DNA of 64,000 bases. Origin: Heptranchias perlo. Lineage: Eukaryota. The stretch lies in the NCBI RefSeq assembly GCF_035084215.1, contig NC_090361.1:9300001-9364000 (forward strand). Direction: 5' to 3'. Both the position numbers and the translations under genes were made by a program. Under the pieces are notes generated by a model that was not told where the DNA came from, did no database searches, and saw only the letters and a list, made by a program, of their open reading frames with translations. Positions 50,823-61,147 of this stretch are shown piece by piece. Within the stretch, counting starts at the first letter, position 1. Each line of letters opens with the position of its first letter.

Positions 50823-50852
50823 GCGACTGATAGCATTTATGCAAACATTTAA
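50823..50852 (+). CDS. IgSF receptor exon 8: C-terminal ITIM-type motif (ATDSIYANI*)
   Basis: Acceptor tttctttttaag|, in-frame TAA at 50850-50852. SxYxxI matches the ITIM consensus. A further donor G|GTAAGC lies at 50891. Confidence 0.7.
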   Translation, partial: ATDSIYANI

Positions 50853-50894
50853 AGATCCAGAGGCTGTAAATCGGCAACAGCCAAGAGCAAGGTA

Positions 50895-51566
50895 AGCCAA
50901 GGTGAAGTGGATAGCACTCTCGCCTCTGAGTCAGAAGGTCCATTCCAGAGACTTGAGAACAAAACCTAGGCTGACCCTCCAGTGCAGTACTGAGGGAGTG
51001 CTGCACTGTCGGAGATGTTGTCTTTCTGATGAGATGTTAAACTGAAGCCCCGTCTGCCCTATCAAGTGGATGTATAAGATCCCATGGCACTACTTTGAAG
51101 AAGAGCAGGGGAGTTCTTCCCGGTGTCCTGGCCAATATTTATCCCTCAACTAACACCATTAATGTGGAGATGCCGGTGATGGACTGGGGTTGACAATTGT
51201 AAACAATTTTACAACACCAAGTTATAGTCCAGCAATTTTATTTTAAATTCACAAGCTTTCGGAGGCTTCCTCCTTCCTCAGGTAAATGTTCCTGAGGAAG
51301 GAGGAAGCCTCCGAAAGCTTGTGAATTTAAAATAAAATTGCTGGACTATAACTTGGTGTTGTAAAATTGTTTACAATTAACACCATTAAAACAGATTACC
51401 TGATCATTATCACATTTCTGTTTATGGGATCTTGCTGTGCACAAATTAGCTGCCCCGGTTCACTGCATTATAACAGTGACTACACTTCAAAAAGTACTTC
51501 ATTGGCTGTAAAGCACTTTGGGTTGTCCTGAGGTCGTGAAAGGTAATATATAAATGCAAGTCTTTC
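50895..51566 (+). mobile_element. Deu-domain SINE interrupted by a Penelope-like insertion
   Basis: Head, core and tail are present, split at 51163-51377. Confidence 0.8.
51163..51377 (-). mobile_element. Penelope-like hairpin remnant with hammerhead cores on both strands
   Basis: 12-bp TSD taacaccattaa (51151-51162 and 51378-51389); long inverted arms. Confidence 0.75.
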
Positions 51567-51707
51567 TAACCCGTGCTGTACCTGCCCTGGGAGTGTTTGA
51601 TGGGACAGTGTAGAGGGAGCTTTACTTCGTACCTAACCTGTGCTGTACCTGCACTGGGAGTGTTAGATGGGGCAACGTAGAGGGACCTTTACTTGGTATC
51701 TAACCTG
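51566..51707 (-). repeat. 67-bp tandem repeat, about 2 copies (inverted relative to 52158-52477)
   Basis: Reverse complement of the unit in the 52158-52477 array. Confidence 0.75.
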
Positions 51708-52157
51708 TATTTATCCCAGAGGACTAATGTGAGTCATTAACAGTCATTGTGAGGGAGTCGAACACTGGAACAGTAGAATGGAAACAGATTAACATAGTGC
51801 CCAAAATCAAAGGGGTGACAAAGTAGATGCAGCCAACTAGAGACCCATTAGTCTTCCTTCACTACTGTGTAAAATAACGGAATTGGTTATCAGGAGAAAC
51901 CTTCAGGGTTATCTGTACAATAATCCAGTAAACAGTTTACAACATGGATTCAGAAGGGGAAGTTCCTGCCTGACAAACATCTGACTTTTTTGAGGAAGTG
52001 TCACTAATTTTCGTTACTGGCAGATTGCTAATTGCTTCCTCTGTCGAATTATTTCTGACCTTTTCGTGTTTATCAAGGTGAGGGATGTTAGCGCTGGGAA
52101 ATGGAACTATCGCCATTTTAGACTCCCAGTGTCAGCACCAAACAAATGCTCCTAGAT

Positions 52158-52477
52158 CAGGTACAGCACGGGTTAGATACAGAGTAAAGCTCCCTCTACA
52201 CTGTCCCATCAAACTCTCCCAGGGCAGGTACAGCACGGGTTAGATACAGAGTAAAGCTCCCTCTACACTGTCCCATCAAACACTCCCAGGGTAGGTACAG
52301 CACGGGTTGGATACAGAGTAAAGCTCCCTCTACACTGTCCCATCAAACACTCCCAGGGTAGGTACAGCACGGGTTAGATACAGAGTAAAGCTCCCTCTAC
52401 ACTGTCCCATCAAACACTCCCAGGGCAGGTACAGCACGGGTTAGATAGAGTAAAGCTCCCTCTACACTGTCCCATCA
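52158..52477 (+). repeat. 67-bp tandem repeat, about 4.7 copies
   Basis: 'ggtacagcacgggttagatacagagtaaagctccctctacactgtcccatcaaacactccca' starts recur at 52160, 52227, 52294, 52361 and 52428. Confidence 0.9.
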
Positions 52478-53264
52478 ATATGTATAAACCCCAACCTCGG
52501 AATGCCCATAATGTACCAGTTGACATGTTTCCATTTCTCATTCCAGTCCTCCTTTGGCCTCTCTGAATGACAATGTTGATTTTGTGTTAATTGGTGGAAC
52601 TTATTTCACATGGAACCCTCACACTCAGTGATATTGGAGGGAATGATATATTTTTGTTCAAAGTACCTTTCCTTTCTGTGTTACCAAGAATTTCTTCAAC
52701 TTTTTTTAAATTGAAAAACAACGTCAATCGTTTAGTTGCCATGGAGACCAGCCCATCCTGGCTGCCGGCAGTATTCACCGGTATGGGGGCGAGACCAGTG
52801 TGTTTTGGCTACAGATGGAATCGTGGTGGAGAGAGGTTATAACACTTGTTCGCGTTGATTTTTTTGGAATGCAAGTTATAAAACTGTTCTTAAATGGTGC
52901 GCTACAGAGACAGGTGATGAGGCAACATTCTGGGCTGTAGAATGAGAATTCCCCAGAGCCTGAGCTCCATATTAATCCCTCTGGGACGGAGAATGAGCAG
53001 TCGACTCAAACTGCCGTCATGTACCTCCCAGACACCCACCACCAGAGTGACAGAGGCAAAACCTTGCAACAAGTCCCTGCTGGTCCAGATAGATGAGAAG
53101 GAGGAAGGAACATAATGAGGGGAAAGATATGTAACCAGCTTCAGAGGGAAGCTGAATGTAAGGAGCCTACTCAATGATTTCTACAGGCTCCCATGATGGC
53201 TGAGTGGGTAGTGGCGCTGACCAGTGTAGGACTAGGTCCTGCAGATCAGTCCCAGGTTTCAGTT

Positions 53265-53655
53265 TGTGCTCGTGGCCGGCCTCCCATCATCCGCCCTCCG
53301 TAAACTTCAGCTCATCCGAAACCCTGCTCGCCGTATCCCAACTCGCACCAGGTCGCGTTCACCCATCACCCCTGTGCTCGCTGACCTACATTGGGTCTCA
53401 GTCAAGCAACAGCTCCAATATAAAATTCTCATCCTCGTGTTCAAATCCCACCATAGCCTCGCCCCTCCCAATCTCTGTAACCTTCTCCAGCCCTCTGAGA
53501 ACTCTGCGTTCCTCCAATTCTGGCCTCCTGTGACTCTCAGATTTCCTTCACCCCACCATTGGCGGCCTTCAGCTGGCTAGGCCCCAAGTCCTGGAATTCT
53601 CTCTCGAAACTTTTCTGCCTCTTTACCCCTCTCTCCTCCTTTAAGAAGCTCCTTG
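53265..53655 (+). mobile_element. L2 LINE 3' fragment
   Basis: ORF 53266-53580 (LRKLQLIRNPARR..TRTRSRSPITPVLADLHW). Confidence 0.8.
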
Positions 53656-54994
53656 AAACCATTGAAGTCAATTGAACTGAATATTGGATGGGGCGTATAT
53701 CGGGCGGGAGATGCGATAACCCCTGATTTGCGTCCCCGCCCAAATCGAATGACACCACCCCATATGTGGAATATTGGGTCCGCACGGAAAGCATGGGAAA
53801 GAGTTCGGAGTTCAGCGAGAAGGAAATATCAGGTTTCAGATCATAAAAGTATGACAAATAGCTGAGGAAACCCAGCCCATTCCCAGAGACACAAAGATTA
53901 ACGGAGGCTGTAAAATTATTCAAATACAGAAGGAACCGAGTAGCTTGGACATGGGGAGTTTGTGTGGAACCAGGAATAACGAGTCAATGCTGGGCATTGG
54001 AGCTAAAAATGACTGAGAGATTCACATCACAGCTGATACTTGGGGACCTTCACCGAATGCAGGGAATGTGGACTCGGGTGAAAAGAAATGGGGTGGGATT
54101 TCTGATCAAGCAAGAAGGAGGCGCATGTGGGTTTGGGGCAGACAAGAGCTATGATGATCCAGGCAGATGCTGTGGGGCTGAGAGAGACGTCCGAGGCCCC
54201 TTCTCTTCTGTCCACATTCTTCCGTTTCTTGTTTCATTTTATTCTGTTGGACAGAAGCCAAGGGCTACGTTCGTTCCCTAAACTCTGCTCTATTTAATTT
54301 CTTTTACAGGTCGCCAAAGAAAGACCAGACCAAAGAAGGTTCGACATTCGTAACTTGTGATTCAACTGATTACTACAACTTCTCTGGCTCAGCTCACGCT
54401 CAGACCTGATGGTCTCCACCAGGGTTTAGCAGGTGGATGGTAGAAGGGGCCACGGTCATTTCTCCTGCCTTGTCATCAACATGGAGCTCGTATGAAAATC
54501 ACAGACATGCCTTGTTACTGCTCGTTCACACCCATTTGGTATAATTTGTTCACCGGCCGCAGCACGTCTGAGCAGTAAGATTCTGAGCTGTTGCTGGCCA
54601 GACAGAGTTTCGTCCCTCCTTCCAGGAGAGAAAAATAGGAAAATTACCAAAGGGAGCTTATCTTCATTTTTAAAAAAATCATCTATTTCCCTGATTAGTA
54701 ATTGTACAGTAAATCATTATTACATAAGCAATCACTCCATTTGTCAGTGATGTCGGAATTGATTAAATAAGCTTTTAATTTAAGTCTTTTGCTGTTTGTT
54801 CCCAAAGAGGATCCTGTCCTTTCGCTGTGGTCTTGCCTGTCATCCCAATGAGCTGACATTTTCAGACTAGGCCTCATTGGAGTGTCGATGGCTTTTCCTG
54901 CGATCCCAGGATTGATGCTCAGCCCTCCTGTCTCCTGAGCTCCTGCCAGTACGTTTCGGGGTTTCCTAATGTCTGCGACACCCCTTCCCCACGG

Positions 54995-55275
54995 GAACAT
55001 AAGAACATAAGGAATAGGATCAGGAGTAGGCCATCTGGCCCCTCGAGCCTGCTCCGCCATTCAACAAGCTCATGGCTGATCTTCTACCTCAACGCCATTT
55101 TCCTGCACTATCCCCACATCCCTTGATGCCTTTAATATCTAGAAATCTATCGATCTGTGTTTTGAATGTACTCAATGACTGAGCCTCCACTGCCCTCTGG
55201 GGTAGAGAATTCCAAAGACTCACCACCCTCTGAGTGAAGAAATTTCTCCTCATCTCAGACCTAAATGGCGCACCC
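54995..55275 (-). mobile_element. CR1 LINE 3' end
   Basis: Starts 'aacataagaacataaggaatagga', the reverse complement of the CR1 terminal repeat. Confidence 0.8.
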
Positions 55276-55369
55276 TATATTCTATATACCCTTCCCACGG
55301 ATAGTGACACTCCTTCCCACTGGCAGCCCTTCCTTCCCACTAACAGTTATTACTCATTATTACTAACTG

Positions 55370-55812
55370 TCAGCCATGGCAGGGTTGGTAGCACTCTTTC
55401 CACTGAGTCAGAAGATTGTGGGTTCAAGTCCCACTCCAGATTTGACCCCATAATCCAGGCTGATACTCTCGTGCAGGACTGAGGGAGTGCTGCACCGTCG
55501 TTGATGCCACCTTTCGGATGAAACGTTAAATCGAGGCCCCGTCTGCCCTCGCACATGGACATAAAAGATCCCATGGCACTATTTCGAAGAAGAGCAGGGG
55601 AGTTCTTCCCGGAGTCCTGGCCAATATTAATCCCTCAACCAACATCACTAAAACGGATGATCTGGTCATTATCTCAATGCTGTTTGTGGGACCTTGCTGT
55701 GCACAAATTGGCTGCTGCGTTTCCCTGCATTATAATGGTAGCTACACTTCAAAAGTACTTCATTGACTGTAAAGTACTTTGGGACGTCCTGAGATCGTGA
55801 AATGTGCAAGAC
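55370..55812 (+). mobile_element. Deu-domain SINE, near full length
   Basis: tRNA-like head 'ggttggtagcactct...gggttcaagtcccact', core and tail. Confidence 0.8.
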
Positions 55813-57201
55813 TTCCTTTATCTTTTGTTATGAAATGTAACAGTGTCCATTTTCCTAGACACTGTTTGCTTTGAGATGTATTTCATTGGCTGCAGATAAG
55901 CCCCAGTGTGACCTGTTGCCGTGAGAACAATCTACATAATATGTGCTGACAACGATCTTCCTCAGCCAATGGAAATGCAGGGTCGTAGACCAACACACCC
56001 CAGCGTGTCTGGGCTTGTACACCAGTCAGCCTGCTCATTCAGGCAAATATTTGGGTACCTCCTGCGATACTGAGGTAATGCAGGAACCTACCCGAGCCTC
56101 TCACATTAAACCATCCCACACATGCAGAGACCGTGTCTAGAGCTGCGGCTCAAAGCAATGCATGAAGTAGGAAAGTGCTGACGGTATTTTACATGGGACC
56201 CTGTCGAGAGCAAGCTGCACAAATCATAGGAAGTGGGAGAACGACGACCTCATCCAGCTCGTGCTGGTTGTCGCAATTCATCCCACGGCTGCGTCGTAAA
56301 GTGTAATTTTTCCTTATGATCAAAGCAACCTCGTTTTCTCCCCTCGTTTCCTGAAGGCGGCAACTCCGTCACGGTTTCACAAACCCCAGCCCCCCTCAAG
56401 TAGCTCATCCCAGGCCATTCTTCGATTGTAGGCCAAGGTGGTGAGGATCACAGAATTAGAAATTACGCAACACAAAAACAGGCCATTCGGCCCAACTGGT
56501 GTTTCTCCTCCACACGAGCGGTAGTCCTAATCCCATGTGTCTGCTCTGACCCCTTAATCCCTCTTTCCTTCAACTACCCATCTAAGACAGACTGTTGGCC
56601 TACATTGACATAGCAACAAGCCCAAGTCTATCTTCACTCAACATCTGGACACAGGTACTTGTTAGCTGTAGGGGGGAGGGGCTTGACTGGATAGTGATCA
56701 CGAGCAAAACTGCTGGATGATTTTCACCCCCATCCTAGTCCAGAGATGCTGAGGGTGACTAGCACTCCAAACTAACAGCACAGACTGAGAATGAACCTGG
56801 GACTTTCCTGGTCTATGTGATCTGCAGCCGCTGCAGTTCCCAACTGAGCCACGTAGACTTTGGACCATGTTTATTAATCATCTCTACGTCCACTGGCTCG
56901 GGGTAGAGTTTGGTCTGTCGCGCAGAGATGCAATGCATCCTGATAAAGGAACGTGGTCTGACATAGTCAAACTTGATTTTATTTTAATACATCAGTTTTA
57001 AATTTTTAAAAAAAGAACATCTGATTTCTTGCGAATGCCAAAGCAACAGAAACTGAGCAAAATACAGAGCAAAAAGTGACATCAAATACCTCATCTGCAA
57101 CCTTTTTGCTCGACTTTGCACAGCTTGCCTGCATTCGACAGCTTCCTGTCTTGTAACTGTCTTTCTGACATGAGCCACTGTACCATGTGATCGCTCTCCA
57201 C

Positions 57202-57472
57202 TAGGGTTGCCAACTCTGGTTGGACGTATTCCTGGAGGTTTCATCACATGACCTCCCGCCTCCAACTGCCCCGCCCGGTCAAACAGCCTTTTTACCTCAC
57301 TCTCCGATATATTTATGACTAATAAAGGCAAGTGTTCAAAGAAAATGGTCACAATTTTTTTTTTAATGCCCCTATGATTCTACTCCCGGCTTTGTTGCTT
57401 GCAGCAGTGTCCAGAAGATTGATCTCTAGTTCCCGGAGACTCCAGGACAGTCCTGGAGGGTTGGCAACCCTT
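57202..57472 (+). mobile_element. Non-autonomous DNA transposon (MITE) with hAT-like TIRs
   Basis: TIRs AGGGTTGCCAAC ... GTTGGCAACCCT; second copy at about 5024-5346; no clean TSD seen. Confidence 0.6.
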
Positions 57473-57696
57473 TATTCCTCCACTTTGGGGAAGGTGAGCG
57501 ACGGACATTCCGAACCATTGCGAGAGAGCGACCCTGGAATGAGATAGGTCCCAGGCCGAAGCAGCCAACTCCACCCTCTGCCCCCCACTCCCCCCACCCC
57601 ATGTTGCATCCTTGTCGAAACACTTGCACCATTTCGGATAAAGTGAGATATTGAAGGAGTGATTTGCGAGCACATATTCTGAAAACGGGGGAGGAG

Positions 57697-58105
57697 CATT
57701 CGGAATTCTAGAGCCTGTTCCATCATTCAATTAGATCATAACCGACCTGTATCTTAACTCCATCTACTCGCCTTGGTTCCATATCCCTTAATACCCTTCC
57801 CTAACAAAAATCTATCAATCTCAGTTTTGAAATTTTCAATTGACCCCCAGCCTCAACAGCTTTTCAGGGGGAAGCGAATTCCAGGTTTCCACTTCCCTTT
57901 GTGTGAAGAAGTGTTTCCTGACATCCCCTCTTGAACGGCCTAGCCCTAATTTTAAGGTTGTGCCCCCTTGTTCTGGACTCCCCCACCAGAGGAAATAGTT
58001 TCTCCCTATCTACCCTTAAACTCCTCAATTAGATCACCCCTTAATCTTCTATACTCTAGAGAATACAGGCCTAGTCTATGCAACTTGTCCCCGTAAATTT
58101 AACCC
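57697..58105 (-). mobile_element. CR1 3' fragment directly downstream of the Tctex gene stop
   Basis: Reverse complement of the 27720-28100 type sequence. Confidence 0.75.
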
Positions 58106-58131
58106 TTTTTTTTTTAGCCCCGGGGAGCTAC

Positions 58132-58479
58132 TCATTCGCAGTACACAGCGAAGATACTGGCCGCGCAGAACACGGTGCTGTTCTCGTAGCCGTGAGAAGC
58201 AAAGGTGTCGGCATAAGAATCCCAGAGAGCGCGGCTGGTCAGCAGGACATCCTCGTTGCTCCTCTCTCCCACCGTCACGACGCACACCAGCTTGTACCTG
58301 GGAGGCAGGGCCCCCTTCGCAAACTCCTTAATTTCTTCGCTCATCTCCTTTGCGAGTCTACCGGCGAGGGCGGGGCTGTACGAGACGCTTTTCAGCTTGT
58401 CGGGCACGTATTCCTCCAGGAACTTCTGAACTGGGAAAGTGCAGAATTTCTCCGGGGGTTTCGAGGAAAATGGCAGCAC
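58132..58479 (-). CDS. Tctex-1 domain dynein light chain-like protein, last exon (TCTEX1D/DYNLT family)
   Basis: VQKFLEEYV..KL..VSY...AKEMSEEIKE...PPRYKLVCVVTVGE...SRALWD..D.FAS..YEN..VFC...FAVYCE* is the Tctex-1 domain signature. Acceptor tttccag|. Confidence 0.9.
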   Translation of the reverse strand: MLPFSSKPPEKFCTFPVQKFLEEYVPDKLKSVSYSPALAGRLAKEMSEEIKEFAKGALPPRYKLVCVVTVGERSNEDVLLTSRALWDSYADTFASHGYENSTVFCAASIFAVYCE

Positions 58480-58551
58480 CTGGAAACGGAACGCAAACGA
58501 AGAGTTGGGGAGGGAGGGGTAAATTCCGTAATTAGTTACATTTTTATTGCA

Positions 58552-58760
58552 ACAAGAAGCACTTTTTCACGCACAAAGGGTAGTAGAAATCTGGAACTCT
58601 CTTCCCCCAAAAGACCATGGACGCTGGGGGACAATTGGAGCTTTCAAGACCGAGATTGGTAGATTTTTGTTGGGTAAGGGTATTTGTTGGGATATGGAGC
58701 TAAGGCGAGTGAATGGAGTTGAGGTGCAGGTCAGCCATGATCTGATTGAATGGAGTGGGA
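58552..58760 (+). mobile_element. CR1 3' fragment
   Basis: ORF 58547-58765 (QRVVEIWNSLP). Confidence 0.75.
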
Positions 58761-59607
58761 CTTGAACCCACAACCTTGTGACTCAGAGGCGATAGTGCTT
58801 CATTGGGCCACAGCTGACACAGGGTGTAGGAATCAAAATGGATCACTGGTCGGGGGGCACTCCCTGAGCATTTGGGTCTGAGTTCATGGAGTTTACTCTG
58901 CATCTAACCAGTGTGATATATCTACGCTGGGACCACTTGATGTTGACACAGCAGGGAGAGAGGGGGCAAAGTGAAATTATTTGATTCCTCAGCACTACCA
59001 TCCTTCGCCTGGGTGAGCGACCAATAAAAAGCCAATGGAATCATAGACTCTTAAAGCACAGAAGGAGGCCATTCGACCCATCGTGCCTGTGCCGGCTTTT
59101 TGAAAGAGCTGTCCAATTCAGTCCCACACCCCAGCTTTTTCCCCATAACCCTGCAAATGAGTCCTCTTCAAGTACATGTCCAATTGACTTTTGAAAGTTC
59201 CTATGGAATCTGATTCCACCACCCTTTCAGGTTGTGCGTTCCTACAATAGGAACAGGATTTGGCCATTCAGCCCTTCTTACACCCCCGGGGCCTGACAAC
59301 TGTGAACACTGCACACCGGTGAGTTCCTTCAACAATGACATTGTTCAGAAGCATAGTTACATCGAGCGACAAAAATGACTTCACACCCATCGTCCTCAAC
59401 ATAGCGACTGGATTGCCTGGTGTCAGCTGTGGTGTTGTCAGGAGGCCCTATTAAAGGCTTGGTGCTTTTCCCAGAGAGGGAGAGATGGTCAGAGGAAGAG
59501 CTAGCAGCCTCCCGACAACGGTTAACGTTACAGCGTTGGTAGAGGAGAGGGAGAGGGCTACCCACCCTCCCATCGAGAGAGAGAGAGAGAGAGAGAGAAT
59601 TACAGAC

Positions 59608-59670
59608 CTGTTCATTTATGATCTTGGTGACAGCTGGTTTCTTTGCAGCTATCTTCAAAGCTGTTCTTTC
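59608..59670 (-). CDS. Tctex-1 domain gene, internal exon (ERTALKIAAKKPAVTKIINEQ)
   Basis: Long polypyrimidine acceptor ...tttgaag|, donor CAG|GTCTGT, phase 0-0, in frame with the last exon. Confidence 0.7.
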
Positions 59671-59768
59671 CTTCAAATAGAAAAACAAAAAAAGTTAGTT
59701 CCTCAGTTCAAGCCTCTGTTGATGGAGAAGCTGGAATTCTTTACCACCAAATGTGCATTTTCAGTCAC

Positions 59769-59882
59769 CTTCAAATTCTTTGTCAGTCTCCTGGCAACGA
59801 GAAGCCCTTTGAAGCTAAAGGTGGAAGGATGTGCTTCACTTAAAAGATTCCCCAGCGAGGCTCTCCCTCTCACTGCTCCAAG
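59769..59882 (-). CDS. Tctex-1 domain gene, internal exon (LGAVRGRASLGNLLSEAHPSTFSFKGLLVARRLTKNLK)
   Basis: Acceptor cttttacag|, donor AAG|GTGACT, 114 nt open, phase 0-0. Confidence 0.6.
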
Positions 59883-60074
59883 CTGTAAAAGAAGTTTGGA
59901 GGGAGTTAAGGAATTGATTTCAGCTGCACGGTGCCAGCGATTAAAGGAGGAATGTCCATGGCCGCATGCCTTTCAAGGATGGAGTTTCCAACCAGACCCT
60001 GTTCGAGGAGGGAGTGTGAGAGTTTCTACAGAGACCTGTTGTAAAAGGCAAACAGTTCCAAAGATGTAATGCTA

Positions 60075-60400
60075 ATTATTAAAGGTTTTGATAGAGTGAA
60101 TAAGGAGAAACTGTTTCCATTGGCAGAAGGGTCGGTAACCAGGTGGCACAGATTTAAGGTCATTGGCAAAAGAACCAGAGGGGAGATTAGAATTTCTTTA
60201 ATGCAAATTGTTATGATCTGGAATGCACTGCCTGAAAGGGATTCAGGAACAACTTTCAAAAGGGAATTGGATAAATATTTGAAAAGGAAAATTTTGCAGG
60301 GCTATGGGGAAAGAGCGGGGGAGTGGGACGAATTGGATAGCTCTTTCACAGGCACGAGGGGCCAAATGGCCTCCTTCAGTGCTGTATGATTGTACGATTC
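60075..60400 (+). mobile_element. CR1 3' fragment
   Basis: ORF 60069-60389 (KGFDRVNKEKLFPL...WNALPER). Confidence 0.8.
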
Positions 60401-60499
60401 TAAGTATCTGCAGCACTCGGATGGTGCAAGCAACAATTTGAGGGAACTTCATCCTGATACAAAAGCAAAGAGAATAACTTGTAAACGAGCAGCCACACC

Positions 60500-61147
60500 T
60501 TTGCCATTCTCACATTATACCTGTACTATTCTCATTACCATTCTCACATTATACCTGTACTATTCATATTACCATTCTCACATTATACCTGTACTATTCT
60601 CATTGCCATTCTCACATTATACCTGTACTATTCTCATTACCATTCTCACATTATACCTGTACTATTCTCATTACCATTCTCACGTTATACCTGTGCTATT
60701 CACATTACCATTCTCACATTATACCTGTACTATTCTCATTACCATTCTCACATTATACCTGTACTATTCTCATTACCATTCTCACATTATACCTGTGCTA
60801 TTCACATTACCATTCTCACATTATACCTGTACTATTCTCATTACCATTCTCACATTATACCTGTACTATTCTCATTACCATTCTCACATTATACCTGTAC
60901 TATTCTCATTACCATTCTCACATTATACCTGTACTATTCACATTACCATTCTCACATTATACCTGTACTATTCTCATTACCATTCTCACATTATACCTGT
61001 GCTATTCTCATTGCCATTCTCACGTTATACCTGTACTATTCTCATTACCATTCTCACATTATACCTGTACTATTCATATTACCATTCTCACATTATACCT
61101 GTACTATTCTCATTACCATTCTCACATTATACCTGTACTATTCTCAT
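60500..61147 (+). repeat. 34-bp minisatellite, about 19 copies
   Basis: Unit ttaccattctcacattatacctgtactattctca. It produces the 34-aa periodic ORF 60390-61193. Confidence 0.95.

Noticed and set aside
37636-50852. IgNAR, TCR, Ig light chain or MHC gene
   Set aside because: No FGxG J motif, no RSS, no MHC peptide-binding domains. It has a C2/I-set domain and a long tyrosine-containing tail.
52158-52477. CRISPR-like array
   Set aside because: Eukaryotic DNA; identical contiguous units with no unique spacers.
55370-55440. tRNA genes at SINE heads
   Set aside because: A/B-box-like heads are continuous with SINE bodies, and no complete cloverleaf is evident.
59883-60035. Alternative acceptor at 60035 extending the Tctex gene exon
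   Set aside because: Introduces an in-frame TGA when joined in phase 0; not supported as coding.
58078-60069. Plus-strand 194-aa ORFs (58078-58662 and 59485-60069)
   Set aside because: Antisense shadows of the Tctex-domain exons, with no recognisable protein features.
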